Source: a virus
Lineage: Duplodnaviria; Caudoviricetes
IMG/VR virus record: IMGVR_UViG_3300021961_000090
Coordinates: 1-63,334 of that record
Strand: one strand, 5' to 3'
DNA: 63,334 nucleotides
In this document: positions 1 to 8,933 of the stretch, in pieces
How positions within the stretch are numbered: position 1 is the first letter of the stretch
How the letters are laid out: the number at the start of each line of letters is the position of its first letter
Notes under the pieces: model-generated
What the model was told of the DNA's origin: nothing
The model's input: the letters and a program-made list of their open reading frames with translations, nothing else
Database searches by the model: none
Made by a program: the position numbers and the translations under genes

Positions 1-148
1 ACTGCTTAACTGGTTTCATTTTTGGGTTTATATATCGTTGCCAGACATGGCGTTCAATTTCTATAGAGAAAAACCGTTCCGCGCAGGACAAACATTCTCG
101 CCTGCGTTCCATGTAATAGAAATTAAAATTTTTGTCATAGAACTGTCT
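1..148 (+). repeat. Terminal direct repeat, left copy (circular-assembly overlap)
   Basis: 1-148 matches 63186-63334 except for one indel (CATTTTTGGG vs CATTTTCTGGG). Confidence 0.95.
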
Positions 149-193
149 AGTTTCTAAGACTTTGGTTTTCTCCTCACACGACGGACAGAGCAT
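1..193 (-). CDS. NrdR-like N-terminal Zn-ribbon protein lying across the terminal repeat
   Basis: Translated by hand from ATG at 193: MLCPSCEEKTKVLETR...RRRECLSCAERF; the CPxC...RRRECxxCxxRF pattern matches the NrdR zinc ribbon; absent from the ORF track. Confidence 0.65.
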   Translation of the reverse strand, partial: MLCPSCEEKTKVLETRQFYDKNFNFYYMERRRECLSCAERFFSIEIERHVWQRYINPKMKPVKQ

Positions 194-368
194 TTTGTTT
201 TTTCTTTCTGGCGTACTGGCTGACGGTCGTTCTTTCAACACATGACTTGCAGATCCAGCGGGGTACGCCTCTGGTCTGTTTTATCACGCCGCCGCCTAGT
301 GGTTTGTGCATCTGGCAGCTACCGCAAAACTTACGGTCATACTCGCTCATGATCGTGCCGCATCCCAT
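174..368 (-). CDS. Small Zn-finger protein
   Basis: CGSC...CKSC; probable start is MSEYDRK. Confidence 0.6.
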   Translation of the reverse strand: MGCGTIMSEYDRKFCGSCQMHKPLGGGVIKQTRGVPRWICKSCVERTTVSQYARKKKQNALSVV

Positions 369-610
369 CCGGCTTCAAATGTCTCGCGCGTAGTTGCGTT
401 ATCCAACCAGCCACGGCTCTTCAGGAACTCTTGGTACAAGTCTTCAAAGCTGGGCAGCTCGCGGTTAACCCACTCCATGTTGATGACTTTACCTGTGGCG
501 TCATAGTCTACACGCAGGTTGGTTTCGGGGTTAGGCGCTGTTGGCAACGGGCGCAGGTCCGCCCAATTAATAGTGTAGTGACGAGAACGAATCCAGTTAA
601 CGTTATCCAT
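347..610 (-). CDS. Hypothetical protein
   Basis: Part of ORF 347..682; probable start MDNVNW after GGGAG; tightly packed with neighbours. Confidence 0.55.
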   Translation of the reverse strand: MDNVNWIRSRHYTINWADLRPLPTAPNPETNLRVDYDATGKVINMEWVNRELPSFEDLYQEFLKSRGWLDNATTRETFEAGWDAARS

Positions 611-806
611 GTTTACTCTCCCGTATTTTCTTAGCAGCATCTGGTAAGCCCATATCATCACAGATCTGGGCGCACCGTTCACGCTCGCCTATAGAGACAA
701 TCTCTGAGAATCTGTGCATCCACTGCACCGCAACTTCGTCAGGCGCATACACAAGGTCTTTCTCTTTGGCGACTTGTTTAGCTATCTTCAGAAGTTTCTT
801 ATCCAT
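603..806 (-). CDS. Hypothetical protein with ERExCA motif
   Basis: Overlaps neighbours in operon style; ERERCAQICD motif shared with 7602 and 8050 ORFs. Confidence 0.6.
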   Translation of the reverse strand: MDKKLLKIAKQVAKEKDLVYAPDEVAVQWMHRFSEIVSIGERERCAQICDDMGLPDAAKKIRESKHG

Positions 807-1078
807 TAAATCAAATTGTCAGCAATAAACTTAACCACCGGTATCAATGCTGCCGTCATTAGCCATACCAGCAGTACAAACAATATCCAATCCAGTATCT
901 TGGCCGAACGTGTGGTGGCCAAATTCTGCGGGTCATGTGTGCCACAAAGAATCAAGTCCTGTACAAACTCATCTTCCGGCGTGGGTTGTTGCTGAGTACC
1001 AGGGTTGTAGTACACACCAATCTTGATAGGGGGTTCCTTAATAAATTGTCCGTCACGTAACATTTGAAGCTCCTTCAT
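806..1078 (-). CDS. Hypothetical membrane protein
   Basis: C-terminal hydrophobic helix. Confidence 0.6.
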   Translation of the reverse strand: MKELQMLRDGQFIKEPPIKIGVYYNPGTQQQPTPEDEFVQDLILCGTHDPQNLATTRSAKILDWILFVLLVWLMTAALIPVVKFIADNLI

Positions 1079-1856
1079 GAATCATCTGATAACCGTAGTG
1101 GTCAGAGAATAAATCGTACACCGTAAGCTCCAGCGGGATAGATTTTGTCATTTGACTATCTATCCGCCAGGCCATCGTGTTAGCGTCTACCAGTTCTCGA
1201 AACCGGCTGTGGTGTCCAAAGATCTTTGTGATATCGATACCGCCGTGAACCTCTGGCGCAAGATGCTCGAAAGCAAATAAAGCGGCTTCGTCGTTAGGGG
1301 CAAACTTAATACCGATTCTTTCCAGCGCTGGACGCAAGAAAGCAGTCAGCTGCACGTCCTCGTTGTTCAACATGGGTACGGTGTACAGCTTGGGCATGAT
1401 CCCGTTATGCACCAAAGACTGCATAAACTTCTTACTTCTCAAACTAAATCCACCGTTTTGTACAACTATAGGATCACTAACTGCTATCCATGAGAATTTA
1501 GTGAAGAAGTCATCACCCTTGACGCCGGCGTGAGTCAGGCCGCCTATGTAGTCATATCCTAGCCAGTCATCATTCCAGTTGTCCTGCGACAGCGCCCAAC
1601 TATCGTGTTGAACTATCAGGGCGTAGTCTGTCTCGATGTAGTGGTGCAGGCTGTACATGCAGAAGTTGCTGTAGCCGATATAGTCTAGCGGCGCGGCGAT
1701 CTGTTTCTGCGGGATGTCTATGGCCAGCAGTTCGTTGGTAATCAGCAGCTTCTTACAGCCAGGAAAGCAGGCAGCAGTCTTCTCCATCGCTGGTATCGCC
1801 CGCAGCCCTTCTCCGTTGCCGTAGATAGCAACTACCGTTATCTGGTCATAGCTCAT
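1053..1856 (-). CDS. DUF5672-like glycosyltransferase-fold protein
   Basis: VQHDSW...W..YDYIG and NGGFSLRSK motifs. Confidence 0.7.
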   Translation of the reverse strand: MSYDQITVVAIYGNGEGLRAIPAMEKTAACFPGCKKLLITNELLAIDIPQKQIAAPLDYIGYSNFCMYSLHHYIETDYALIVQHDSWALSQDNWNDDWLGYDYIGGLTHAGVKGDDFFTKFSWIAVSDPIVVQNGGFSLRSKKFMQSLVHNGIMPKLYTVPMLNNEDVQLTAFLRPALERIGIKFAPNDEAALFAFEHLAPEVHGGIDITKIFGHHSRFRELVDANTMAWRIDSQMTKSIPLELTVYDLFSDHYGYQMIHEGASNVT

Positions 1857-2602
1857 GCTTTCTCCGGGAAGGCGGGCGCAAGCGATCCGTCAAACAGATA
1901 TGTGCCGACATGCCCTAGCTGCGCCCACGGGGCTGCGTATATCTTCCCGCCGGCCTCACGCCAGATGCGGCAGAAGTGATAGTCCTCCGACAGTAGGTGT
2001 TGTGTCTCCGGCTCAATGCTGGTGGTGAAGAACTCCTTAATCTCCTCTGCGCCTAGCTTGCCACTCAAGTCTGTTGCGTTGTTGATGTACGTAGGAACTA
2101 GCGGGGATAGCTTCTCGAATACCTCGCGCTTGATTAGCATGAAGCCTGTGCCGCCATTCAGTATCTCGCCTGGCGTACCCACTTCAAACTCTGCGTAGCC
2201 AGACCGATCGGCTAGGTTGACTACGTGCGTACCGGAGTAATACTTCAACTGGTCCGCAGGAATGCCAGCCTCAACAGCCTGCCTGACCATATCCCAGTTA
2301 ATCTCTTTCTTGGGGTAGATGCCGCAGATAACCTCTTTGTCCGCCAGCAACATGGCGATCACGTCATTAGGATTAAACCGGATGTCGGCATCAATAAACA
2401 TCAGGTGAGTAAAGCCAGACTTCAGAAAGCCGTGAGCAAGAGAGTTGCGCGCGCGGGTAATCAGGCTTTCGTTAAACATAAAGCTAACTGCCATGTCGAT
2501 CCGGCTCTGCTGGCACAACCCCTGTAGTTGCAGAATAGACTGTGTGTAGTGACCTGCACACTGCCCACCATACATCGGGGTCGCTACGAATAGTTTTGCC
2601 AT
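1853..2602 (-). CDS. GT-A fold glycosyltransferase-like protein
   Basis: LFVATPMYGG, ESLITRARN, FIDADI (DxD), GTGFMLIKR, SEDYHFC. Confidence 0.75.
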   Translation of the reverse strand: MAKLFVATPMYGGQCAGHYTQSILQLQGLCQQSRIDMAVSFMFNESLITRARNSLAHGFLKSGFTHLMFIDADIRFNPNDVIAMLLADKEVICGIYPKKEINWDMVRQAVEAGIPADQLKYYSGTHVVNLADRSGYAEFEVGTPGEILNGGTGFMLIKREVFEKLSPLVPTYINNATDLSGKLGAEEIKEFFTTSIEPETQHLLSEDYHFCRIWREAGGKIYAAPWAQLGHVGTYLFDGSLAPAFPEKA

Positions 2603-2611
2603 GCTTTTCTC

Positions 2612-3130
2612 CTATGGTTTTTTAATGCCGATAAAGTAAAGATCTTGCGCTGCTTTGTTGACTAAGAATTTGTAATTAATGAACGCATCCATGTTGCACT
2701 TCTCTAGGAAGTCAGATGCTTTCAGGTTCTGGTAATAGTCTCCGCAGAAGGGTGCGTCTTGCGGCGTGGTTCTGGGTGTGCCGTGTTCTGGGCGGCCTGT
2801 CGTAGCGCAGGAGAAGAAGACCAGACTCCTAGCCATCCTTGCCATGTTGTCGAACGTGCGCGCCCACTCAGGGTTGTGTTCAAAACATTCGCAGGAACAG
2901 ACAACATCAAAGCTCTTATCAGGAAAGCTGAGATCTTCTCCACGGGCAACCATGTCAACGTCCTTGCCAGGCGCTAGGTCCACGCCGGTGTAGTCGCAGT
3001 CAATAAAGAACTGCCGAATAGATCCGTTGATGTTGAGGCTGCCAATCTCCAGCACCTTCTTGCGGATAAATAGATTGACGTAGTTCTGCTTAACAGATTC
3101 CACGAATATCATCTGTGCAGGGTGGCTCAT
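2612..3130 (-). CDS. Class I SAM-dependent methyltransferase
   Basis: VLEIGS motif I, GVDL, FDVVCSCECFEH. Confidence 0.8.
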   Translation of the reverse strand: MSHPAQMIFVESVKQNYVNLFIRKKVLEIGSLNINGSIRQFFIDCDYTGVDLAPGKDVDMVARGEDLSFPDKSFDVVCSCECFEHNPEWARTFDNMARMARSLVFFSCATTGRPEHGTPRTTPQDAPFCGDYYQNLKASDFLEKCNMDAFINYKFLVNKAAQDLYFIGIKKP

Positions 3131-3411
3131 CGTTCTGATATCTCTGAGATAGCTGCGATCATTGAATCTGCGACAGACTCGCCGGCGAACGCAAGATCAT
3201 TGGCCAGTTTGTGTGTGCGGATAACCCTAGTCACATCCCGCATAGCCTGTGTGTAGCCGGCATTGAAAGGATCTTCTTTGCTGATAATCATCTCAATAGC
3301 GTTGCGCACAAGGGTAGATGCCTGCCGGTTCTTAGCGTGTTTACGCAGTTCCAGATAAGTTTCTTCTGGAAGGTTGACCGAGTACGGGATCATTCGTTTG
3401 CTAATTTCCAT
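3127..3411 (-). CDS. Possible ribbon-helix-helix DNA-binding protein
   Basis: YSVNLPEETY.ELRK...STLVRNAIE pattern. Confidence 0.45.
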   Translation of the reverse strand: MEISKRMIPYSVNLPEETYLELRKHAKNRQASTLVRNAIEMIISKEDPFNAGYTQAMRDVTRVIRTHKLANDLAFAGESVADSMIAAISEISER

Positions 3412-3812
3412 GTCTTAAATTCCTCTTTCATTCCTAGAAGCTTCTCGATGGCCGCTTGGCTTTTGGGAATGTCCGCCCGGCTGTCCACTTTCAGATACTG
3501 GTACATCCACTCTGTAGCTGCCTTCTCTGACTGCCCGAATATCTCGCCCGCGTCCTCAAGAAACGCCCAGAACTTAGGGTCACGGCATAACATCCCAGAT
3601 ACCCGCACCATATCCTTGGCCAGCTCCTGCTCGCGGTTCATAGGTCTTTCGTCCTCATTGATCCGCACAAGAACTGCCATGTATCTGGCGCCAACAAAGT
3701 CACGCATGATCTCTTCCGGCAGATCATCTGGGTGTATACGCAGCGTCAGGATGTAGCCAGAGTTGTCCTGCTTCATTGCCACCTTCACTGCTTCAAACTG
3801 GCTAGTCTCCAT
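3390..3812 (-). CDS. Hypothetical phage protein
   Basis: 140-aa ORF, operon-packed. Confidence 0.65.
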   Translation of the reverse strand: METSQFEAVKVAMKQDNSGYILTLRIHPDDLPEEIMRDFVGARYMAVLVRINEDERPMNREQELAKDMVRVSGMLCRDPKFWAFLEDAGEIFGQSEKAATEWMYQYLKVDSRADIPKSQAAIEKLLGMKEEFKTWKLANE

Positions 3813-3815
3813 TAT

Positions 3816-4112
3816 TTATCCTATCCCGTGCCATTTTTCTATCAACACACCAAGCTCTAGACCGGTTTTGTTTGGACATAAGTCGTACAATCTTTTCATT
3901 TCATAAACACCCATCGGACGCCTATCTTTTCTATCAGCTAGCAACTGGCCATAAGTCATGCCACAGTGGTAAATCACCGGCCATACAGACACCCATAATT
4001 CGTATAGCTCTTCATCGCTTAGAGGAAAATCATAGCCTTCTGGAAATTTGGCGTACACACTAGAAAACCAATCCCAGAATTTTTCATCACGTTTGTTTAA
4101 TTTAATTTTCAT
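3816..4112 (-). CDS. Hypothetical protein in an AT-rich segment
   Basis: 98-aa ORF with RBS-like AAGGGA. Confidence 0.55.
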   Translation of the reverse strand: MKIKLNKRDEKFWDWFSSVYAKFPEGYDFPLSDEELYELWVSVWPVIYHCGMTYGQLLADRKDRRPMGVYEMKRLYDLCPNKTGLELGVLIEKWHGIG

Positions 4113-4138
4113 CTTGTTCCCTTACTCTCATCATTGAT

Positions 4139-4477
4139 TTAATCTTTGAATCCATATTCCTCTATATCTTCTGGTGCAGTTTGTTCAAAACAACCATTTG
4201 GAGCTTCATCACAATTTGGATACGAGTAACATGCAACGTGGCTAAATGGTTTTTTTCTTTTTCTACTGCCGGTTTTGCGACCTATTTTTTCATCACGTTT
4301 ATTTACATTTTGTTCCCTTGCTTCCATCATTGCGTCTGCCCAGCGATACGCCCTTTCTGCTGCTGCTGCGCCTGATACCCAGTTTGAATCAAAAGCAAAG
4401 CCTTGCATAATTTTTGCCGCAAAGTAATCGCGCAGGTCCATACCCTTCTCGCCGGTCACGTTTGGAAATGCTTTCAC
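4139..4477 (-). CDS. Hypothetical phage protein, GMxLRDYFAAK family
   Basis: AFP...GMDLRDYFAAK...AY..ADAM motif, common in proteobacterial phages. Confidence 0.65.
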   Translation of the reverse strand: MKAFPNVTGEKGMDLRDYFAAKIMQGFAFDSNWVSGAAAAERAYRWADAMMEAREQNVNKRDEKIGRKTGSRKRKKPFSHVACYSYPNCDEAPNGCFEQTAPEDIEEYGFKD

Positions 4478-4791
4478 GATATATCCTCCACTCTCAGTGC
4501 ATACTTCCCGTTAGCCCGCTTAGTCCAGCCGTGTACTTCCACTCTGATGCCAGCCTCCCTGACGTGCGCGATGGTGTCGGATTCTTGGATCTTCTTGATC
4601 CGTGATGAGACACCACTGCTCGTCACCTGCACGGCCAGCACTTCTCCTCGACGGATAGCCAGGACATCGCACCAGCCCCACAGGTCTTGACGTATACGCC
4701 GCCAAGGATTCCACTTCTCTACAACCTCGCAGTGGTATCCCTGTTCCCGCAGATACTCAAGACTCCGTTGGGTGGGCGACTTAGCTGCCAT
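4474..4791 (-). CDS. PD-(D/E)XK resolvase-like endonuclease
   Basis: YLREQGY.CE...D.LA...LAVQVT pattern. Confidence 0.55.
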   Translation of the reverse strand: MAAKSPTQRSLEYLREQGYHCEVVEKWNPWRRIRQDLWGWCDVLAIRRGEVLAVQVTSSGVSSRIKKIQESDTIAHVREAGIRVEVHGWTKRANGKYALRVEDIS

Positions 4792-5011
4792 GTGCTATCT
4801 GCTTAATCTCTTTGATCGGCATATCAAATGCTTCGTGAACCTTTAGAATGAAAGCCGGTGTCAGAGGCATATGGCCATGCCGCATCTTCGAGATAGTCGG
4901 CGGGTGAACGCCTAACAGCTTTGCCAATGCAGCGTCATTCTTAATACTGTATTGGCTCAATAGATGATCTATTAGATGGTTCATGGCATCAGAAGGGCAG
5001 GTCTTGATCAT
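4781..5011 (-). CDS. XRE/Cro-like HTH regulator
   Basis: NDAALAKLLGVHPPTISKMRHG helix-turn-helix. Confidence 0.75.
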   Translation of the reverse strand: MIKTCPSDAMNHLIDHLLSQYSIKNDAALAKLLGVHPPTISKMRHGHMPLTPAFILKVHEAFDMPIKEIKQIAHGS

Positions 5012-5273
5012 CCACCACTGGCGGTGGCGCTGGCTTGGTAAGCGGTGGTTCTGTCTTCTTCCAAGTGTTTACTTGGATAGAAAACCACGGGCCATAGTTG
5101 CCGCTCTTCTCCCAGCCGGACAGACGGATAACGATGTTGTCCTCATCTGTCTCCTCCAGCAGTTGCCGCAGCAGGCCGCGCTCGATCGCAATCTCACCGT
5201 ACAGATCAGGGCTAGACTGGTTGATCTTCTGCTTGCTGTAGTTCAGGCGCCCTCTATTCGGGAACGTACTCAT
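4989..5273 (-). CDS. Putative single-stranded DNA-binding protein
   Basis: PDLYG...LSGW motifs, acidic DDQDLPF tail, adjacent to ERF; start taken as MSTFPN. Confidence 0.6.
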   Translation of the reverse strand: MSTFPNRGRLNYSKQKINQSSPDLYGEIAIERGLLRQLLEETDEDNIVIRLSGWEKSGNYGPWFSIQVNTWKKTEPPLTKPAPPPVVDDQDLPF

Positions 5274-5970
5274 TCTCTTGCTCCTTAAATTTTTTCTTAA
5301 ACTCACCAAACCGATCCAGCAACATCGAGTACGTCACACTGTCCAATGCTTGCAGTCTGTCATACACAACCTTGTTGATCTTGTAGATGCTGTTGACATC
5401 ATTGACTGACTGCGCCATCTCCAGGGCAAAGTTAGTAGTATCAGCAATAGTTGATGACCAATCATCCACGGTAGTCTCAGGCTCGGCAGATACCTTCAGC
5501 TGCCATTGACTGACTGTGCCTGCCAGCTTAGGCGGTGGTGCTGGTGGTGCTTCTGGCGCTTTTGCTACGGCCTTGGGCATAACCTTTGGTGCAACTGGCT
5601 TCGATGCAGCGTTACCGTCATCCTCTTCTGGCGCGATACCGCAGGCGGCCATCAGACTATATCTCCGAGCGTACGACAAAGCGCTGCCAAAACCCTGCGC
5701 GTCATGCTTACTGGCCGGCATGAACAGCGTTCCACCTGACAGCTGCTCACCTGATTCATGAATGAAGGTAGTAGATACCTTTACCCCGCCGTCATGCTCG
5801 TCGGTCAGCTGCATCAGGTAGATGCCGTTGTTATTTAATGCGTCGATGACAGCCTCCACACAGGCAGACAGGTCTGCGTAGCGGCTGCGAAAGTGTGGAT
5901 TGGTACTGGTCTTCAGCGCAGGACCAAATTCCTTCTGCGCCTTCACCAGTGCGGCGGCAATAGCTTTCAT
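5254..5970 (-). CDS. erf: ERF-family ssDNA annealing recombinase
   Basis: NPHFRSRYADL, HESGE, QGFGSALSYARRYSL..ACGIAPEEDDGN. Confidence 0.9.
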   Translation of the reverse strand: MKAIAAALVKAQKEFGPALKTSTNPHFRSRYADLSACVEAVIDALNNNGIYLMQLTDEHDGGVKVSTTFIHESGEQLSGGTLFMPASKHDAQGFGSALSYARRYSLMAACGIAPEEDDGNAASKPVAPKVMPKAVAKAPEAPPAPPPKLAGTVSQWQLKVSAEPETTVDDWSSTIADTTNFALEMAQSVNDVNSIYKINKVVYDRLQALDSVTYSMLLDRFGEFKKKFKEQENEYVPE

Positions 5971-5979
5971 TCGTTCTCC

Positions 5980-6129
5980 TTATGAGCAGGTGGTTGTGCA
6001 TGAACCGCCGTAGCAACAAGTCATGCAAAAAGTACAGCGGCCATAGTTGTCGCAGAAGTTGTGGGATGTGCAGCTTGCGTATGCCAAAGATGCTGAAGCG
6101 AGCGCCCAGACAGCGATCAGATATTTCAT
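5980..6129 (-). CDS. Secreted cysteine-rich mini-protein (49 aa)
   Basis: RBS AGGAGA; signal peptide ending AYA; 8 Cys in a 31-aa mature part. Confidence 0.7.
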   Translation of the reverse strand: MKYLIAVWALASASLAYASCTSHNFCDNYGRCTFCMTCCYGGSCTTTCS

Positions 6130-6130
6130 G

Positions 6131-7024
6131 TCATTCTCCTGATTCAAAAGTTGATTGGGTTTGTTGCAGGTACTGCTGGTACTGAGAGCAGAACTGACTG
6201 ACATTGCAGAAGCTTGCGCATCTGGTTCTGCCGCCCTGCCTGGTCTCAATCTCATGATCCTTTACCGTTGCCAGAAACTCCTGCGCCTCTGGCAAATTGT
6301 TGAATACTCGCTTGGCACGTACGCCGCCCGTCTTCTTGACGGCATACGTCGTAGGCTTCTCCCACATATCCTCTGCTGTACATTCGGGTAACGTGTCACC
6401 TATCTGCACAGACAGACTGGCCTCACTGTGTTTGTTCAGCCGGCCAAGTACCAGTGATTCCATCTCCTGATGAGGCCAAATAGGGATGTCGATGGTGACG
6501 ATAGGCGCTTGTGGGTAGCCCTCTTTATTCACTGCATCGCGGCGGTTCCAGTCTCTGATGATGGCCACAATCTGTAGGCTCTTTACTTCTACGCCCTTAG
6601 CGCGCTCGACTAACCAAGCGTAGATGTTCAGCTGGTTGTGCCATTCCTGCTTCTCAGCCTGCACCGCCCAGGCAGATGTGACTTTGTAATCTTTGATAGC
6701 GATACCGTCTTCGTAGACTTCTTGCAGATCTATCTGGCCACTGATACGCCAGCCGTCTAGGTCAGTGAAGATGCGCTCTTCTACGATATGGTGGTCATCC
6801 TTGCCGCGTTCGAGTACGTTGTGTACAGCAGTGCCAAACAAAGACCAGACCATCTCACTGGCGTCCTGCTCAATCTCTGCGTCATGCTTAGCGCGGAGTT
6901 GAACTATCTGCGGCGGCGAGAGCATCTCTGTAACAGAGATATGGCTATCGCCCTTGCTGTACTGCGGGCGCTTAAGTACGTTGACTATGGTATCCGGCAG
7001 CCCAAATTTATTTGTCAGTATCAC
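6131..7024 (-). CDS. PD-(D/E)XK (Cas4-like) exonuclease, likely partner of ERF
   Basis: GTAVH, SGQIDL, DYKVT, QLNIY; C-terminal C...C.xxFC.VSQFC cluster. Confidence 0.75.
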   Translation of the reverse strand: MILTNKFGLPDTIVNVLKRPQYSKGDSHISVTEMLSPPQIVQLRAKHDAEIEQDASEMVWSLFGTAVHNVLERGKDDHHIVEERIFTDLDGWRISGQIDLQEVYEDGIAIKDYKVTSAWAVQAEKQEWHNQLNIYAWLVERAKGVEVKSLQIVAIIRDWNRRDAVNKEGYPQAPIVTIDIPIWPHQEMESLVLGRLNKHSEASLSVQIGDTLPECTAEDMWEKPTTYAVKKTGGVRAKRVFNNLPEAQEFLATVKDHEIETRQGGRTRCASFCNVSQFCSQYQQYLQQTQSTFESGE

Positions 7025-7605
7025 ATTTCCCCCTTACGTATCGCAGCAGCTATAGCCAGTGTGCCGTAGCCTTCCATGCCCATCTTCTTAACTAATAAAG
7101 CAATAGCTTCTCTGTCCTCACGCTGTGGTGGGGCGGTGTAGAGTGGCACATCATCATCTTCAGGCTTTAATCCAAGATTTGTTTTCCAATCAGTTTTGCC
7201 ATGCGCTGCTACCGCTTGCATATACAACAGTTCACGTTCTTTTATCCACGCCACCGGCTCCTGCTCTGACTGCTTTACGCTGGCTCGTCCTTTCTCATAC
7301 CCTGCCGCCCAAGCGTTACTCACCTCGTGCCGCCACCATTTCTCTGAGCGTTGCTCTGGCTGCACGTTTTCACGTTCGCACCCTGTTTCCTTGCAAAACC
7401 CGCCGCAACTTGGGCATTGTCTATCCCGCTGTTTGGGTGGCTTACTGAATCCAGCCGCAGACCAGTCTGGTTCCTCTGGCTGCGCGAGTCGATCTCGTAG
7501 AGCTTCTTTTATTTCAATTATTTTTCTAGCCCAAGCTGAGTTGCCGCCATCAACAAAAATCTTCAACACATTCAATGCTTGCTGCATTAACTCTCGGTCG
7601 GTCAC
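7021..7605 (-). CDS. Hypothetical mosaic protein (EPVAW/PLYTAP family)
   Basis: MTDRELMQQAL, EQEPVAW and PLYTAPP modules. Confidence 0.65.
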   Translation of the reverse strand: MTDRELMQQALNVLKIFVDGGNSAWARKIIEIKEALRDRLAQPEEPDWSAAGFSKPPKQRDRQCPSCGGFCKETGCERENVQPEQRSEKWWRHEVSNAWAAGYEKGRASVKQSEQEPVAWIKERELLYMQAVAAHGKTDWKTNLGLKPEDDDVPLYTAPPQREDREAIALLVKKMGMEGYGTLAIAAAIRKGEM

Positions 7606-7943
7606 GGCGCACCTCTCTCGCGGATAGCGAACGCGCAGTCTGCCGGATTTGCGTCAGCGTACTCATCGCCTAGCGCGTCACAGATTGCTGCACACATTTC
7701 GCGCTCGTCTTCCCTAGCCCTTCTTACCGCAACACAAGCAGGTCGATCACAGTGTGGGTGGCATGTATGAAGCTCCTCCCACTGCCACTTTTCGCGCTCC
7801 GCTGCTGCGACTAGGTTGGCAAAGCGTTCAAGTTGTTCATGGTCAAACACGACGCCCCAACCGTTGAAATACTCAAGTTGCTTGCCATTACAGGCTTCTT
7901 CAGCCATGCGAATAATGTCATCTCTGGTCATCCCTACCCCCAA
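7602..7943 (-). CDS. Hypothetical protein, ERExCA family
   Basis: LERFANLVAAAERE; ends IRERGAP. Confidence 0.65.
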   Translation of the reverse strand: MGVGMTRDDIIRMAEEACNGKQLEYFNGWGVVFDHEQLERFANLVAAAEREKWQWEELHTCHPHCDRPACVAVRRAREDEREMCAAICDALGDEYADANPADCAFAIRERGAP

Positions 7944-8049
7944 ACCACACCAAGAACAAAATAAGTAATTGCCAGCACGTAGGCAAAGCGACGAGGCAAG
8001 TGCGGCGCAAGAAACGCTACCCCTGCTAACACAAACATTTGCTTGTCAG

Positions 8050-8277
8050 TCATGGCGCACCTCTCTCGCGAATGAGCAGCGCCGCTGCTAGCGTGCCATA
8101 ACCGTCAATTCCTGCTTGCTCTGCAACTCTCGCACACGCCTCGCGCTCTTCTTCCACCGCCTTGGTAACAACACGCAGCATCATCAAATCAAAATCAAAT
8201 TTGTCCATGCCCGCGTTCTTATAAACCTCATCCCTGATCCGGTGGTATTCTTCTTTGGTCATAGCTTCCTCTGACAA
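8050..8277 (-). CDS. Hypothetical protein, ERExCA family
   Basis: EREACARVAE; ends IRERGAP. Confidence 0.6.
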   Translation of the reverse strand: MSEEAMTKEEYHRIRDEVYKNAGMDKFDFDLMMLRVVTKAVEEEREACARVAEQAGIDGYGTLAAALLIRERGAP

Positions 8278-8471
8278 GTGAACGCCTGAATGTCCACGCG
8301 GAATGCCTGTGCAAACTTGCAGTCACTGGCCACCCGTCCTTCTGTCTGGACTATGCCTATCCATAGGCCAAGGAAGAATAGGAAGACCGCTACCAGGCTC
8401 TTCGCCCAGATCCGATTGACCCATTCCCACGCGGCCTGCCAGTTGAATGTCTCAAATAGTTTGTCGCTCAT
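8259..8471 (-). CDS. Hypothetical membrane protein
   Basis: One TM segment; probable start MSDKLF. Confidence 0.55.
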   Translation of the reverse strand: MSDKLFETFNWQAAWEWVNRIWAKSLVAVFLFFLGLWIGIVQTEGRVASDCKFAQAFRVDIQAFTCQRKL

Positions 8472-8713
8472 CACCACGCCCGCTTGTTGGTTATCGCCCG
8501 GCCAGACCAATGGCCACTGAACGGCTGATGCACAAACACCCGTAGTCCCAATCTGGGATCTTTCTCACCATGAAAGAACTTCTCCGGCGCTATTGCTTTT
8601 ACCATCTGGATAGTGTCGTTAAACTCATCGCGATCCCGCGTTTCCTTGAACCGACGATGCGCTTCCACCAAGATTTGCCGATGCTCATCACTCAACATAT
8701 CGCCCTCCTTCAT
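8471..8713 (-). CDS. Hypothetical protein, first gene of the leftward operon
   Basis: Directly follows the leftward promoter; RBS AAGGAGG precedes the second Met. Confidence 0.6.
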   Translation of the reverse strand: MKEGDMLSDEHRQILVEAHRRFKETRDRDEFNDTIQMVKAIAPEKFFHGEKDPRLGLRVFVHQPFSGHWSGRAITNKRAW

Positions 8714-8716
8714 CTA

Positions 8717-8745
8717 AATATAGTTCGACATCTAGTGTATGTCAA
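8717..8745 (-). promoter_or_regulatory. Sigma70 promoter for the leftward operon
   Basis: TTGACA-17 bp-TATATT on the minus strand. Confidence 0.75.
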
Positions 8746-8933
8746 CAGTTTATTTGTAACAGGAACAGTGTATTGAAAAGTGGCAACGTTGCCATTTTGC
8801 CCTGAAAACCCGCATGTTTCCTAGAGCTGCCAATACATGAGTTTGTGTGCTATTGTTATATTGAAGCTGCCTGATCTGCTCTCTTTCTCCTCTGATCAGG
8901 TTTCTTCGCGGCGGCAATGCTCCTTCGGGAGTT

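Noticed and set aside
6131-7024. Cas4-like nuclease as an adaptation module for the array
   Set aside because: It is adjacent to ERF and SSB, the usual recombination context, and is 3 kb away on the opposite strand.
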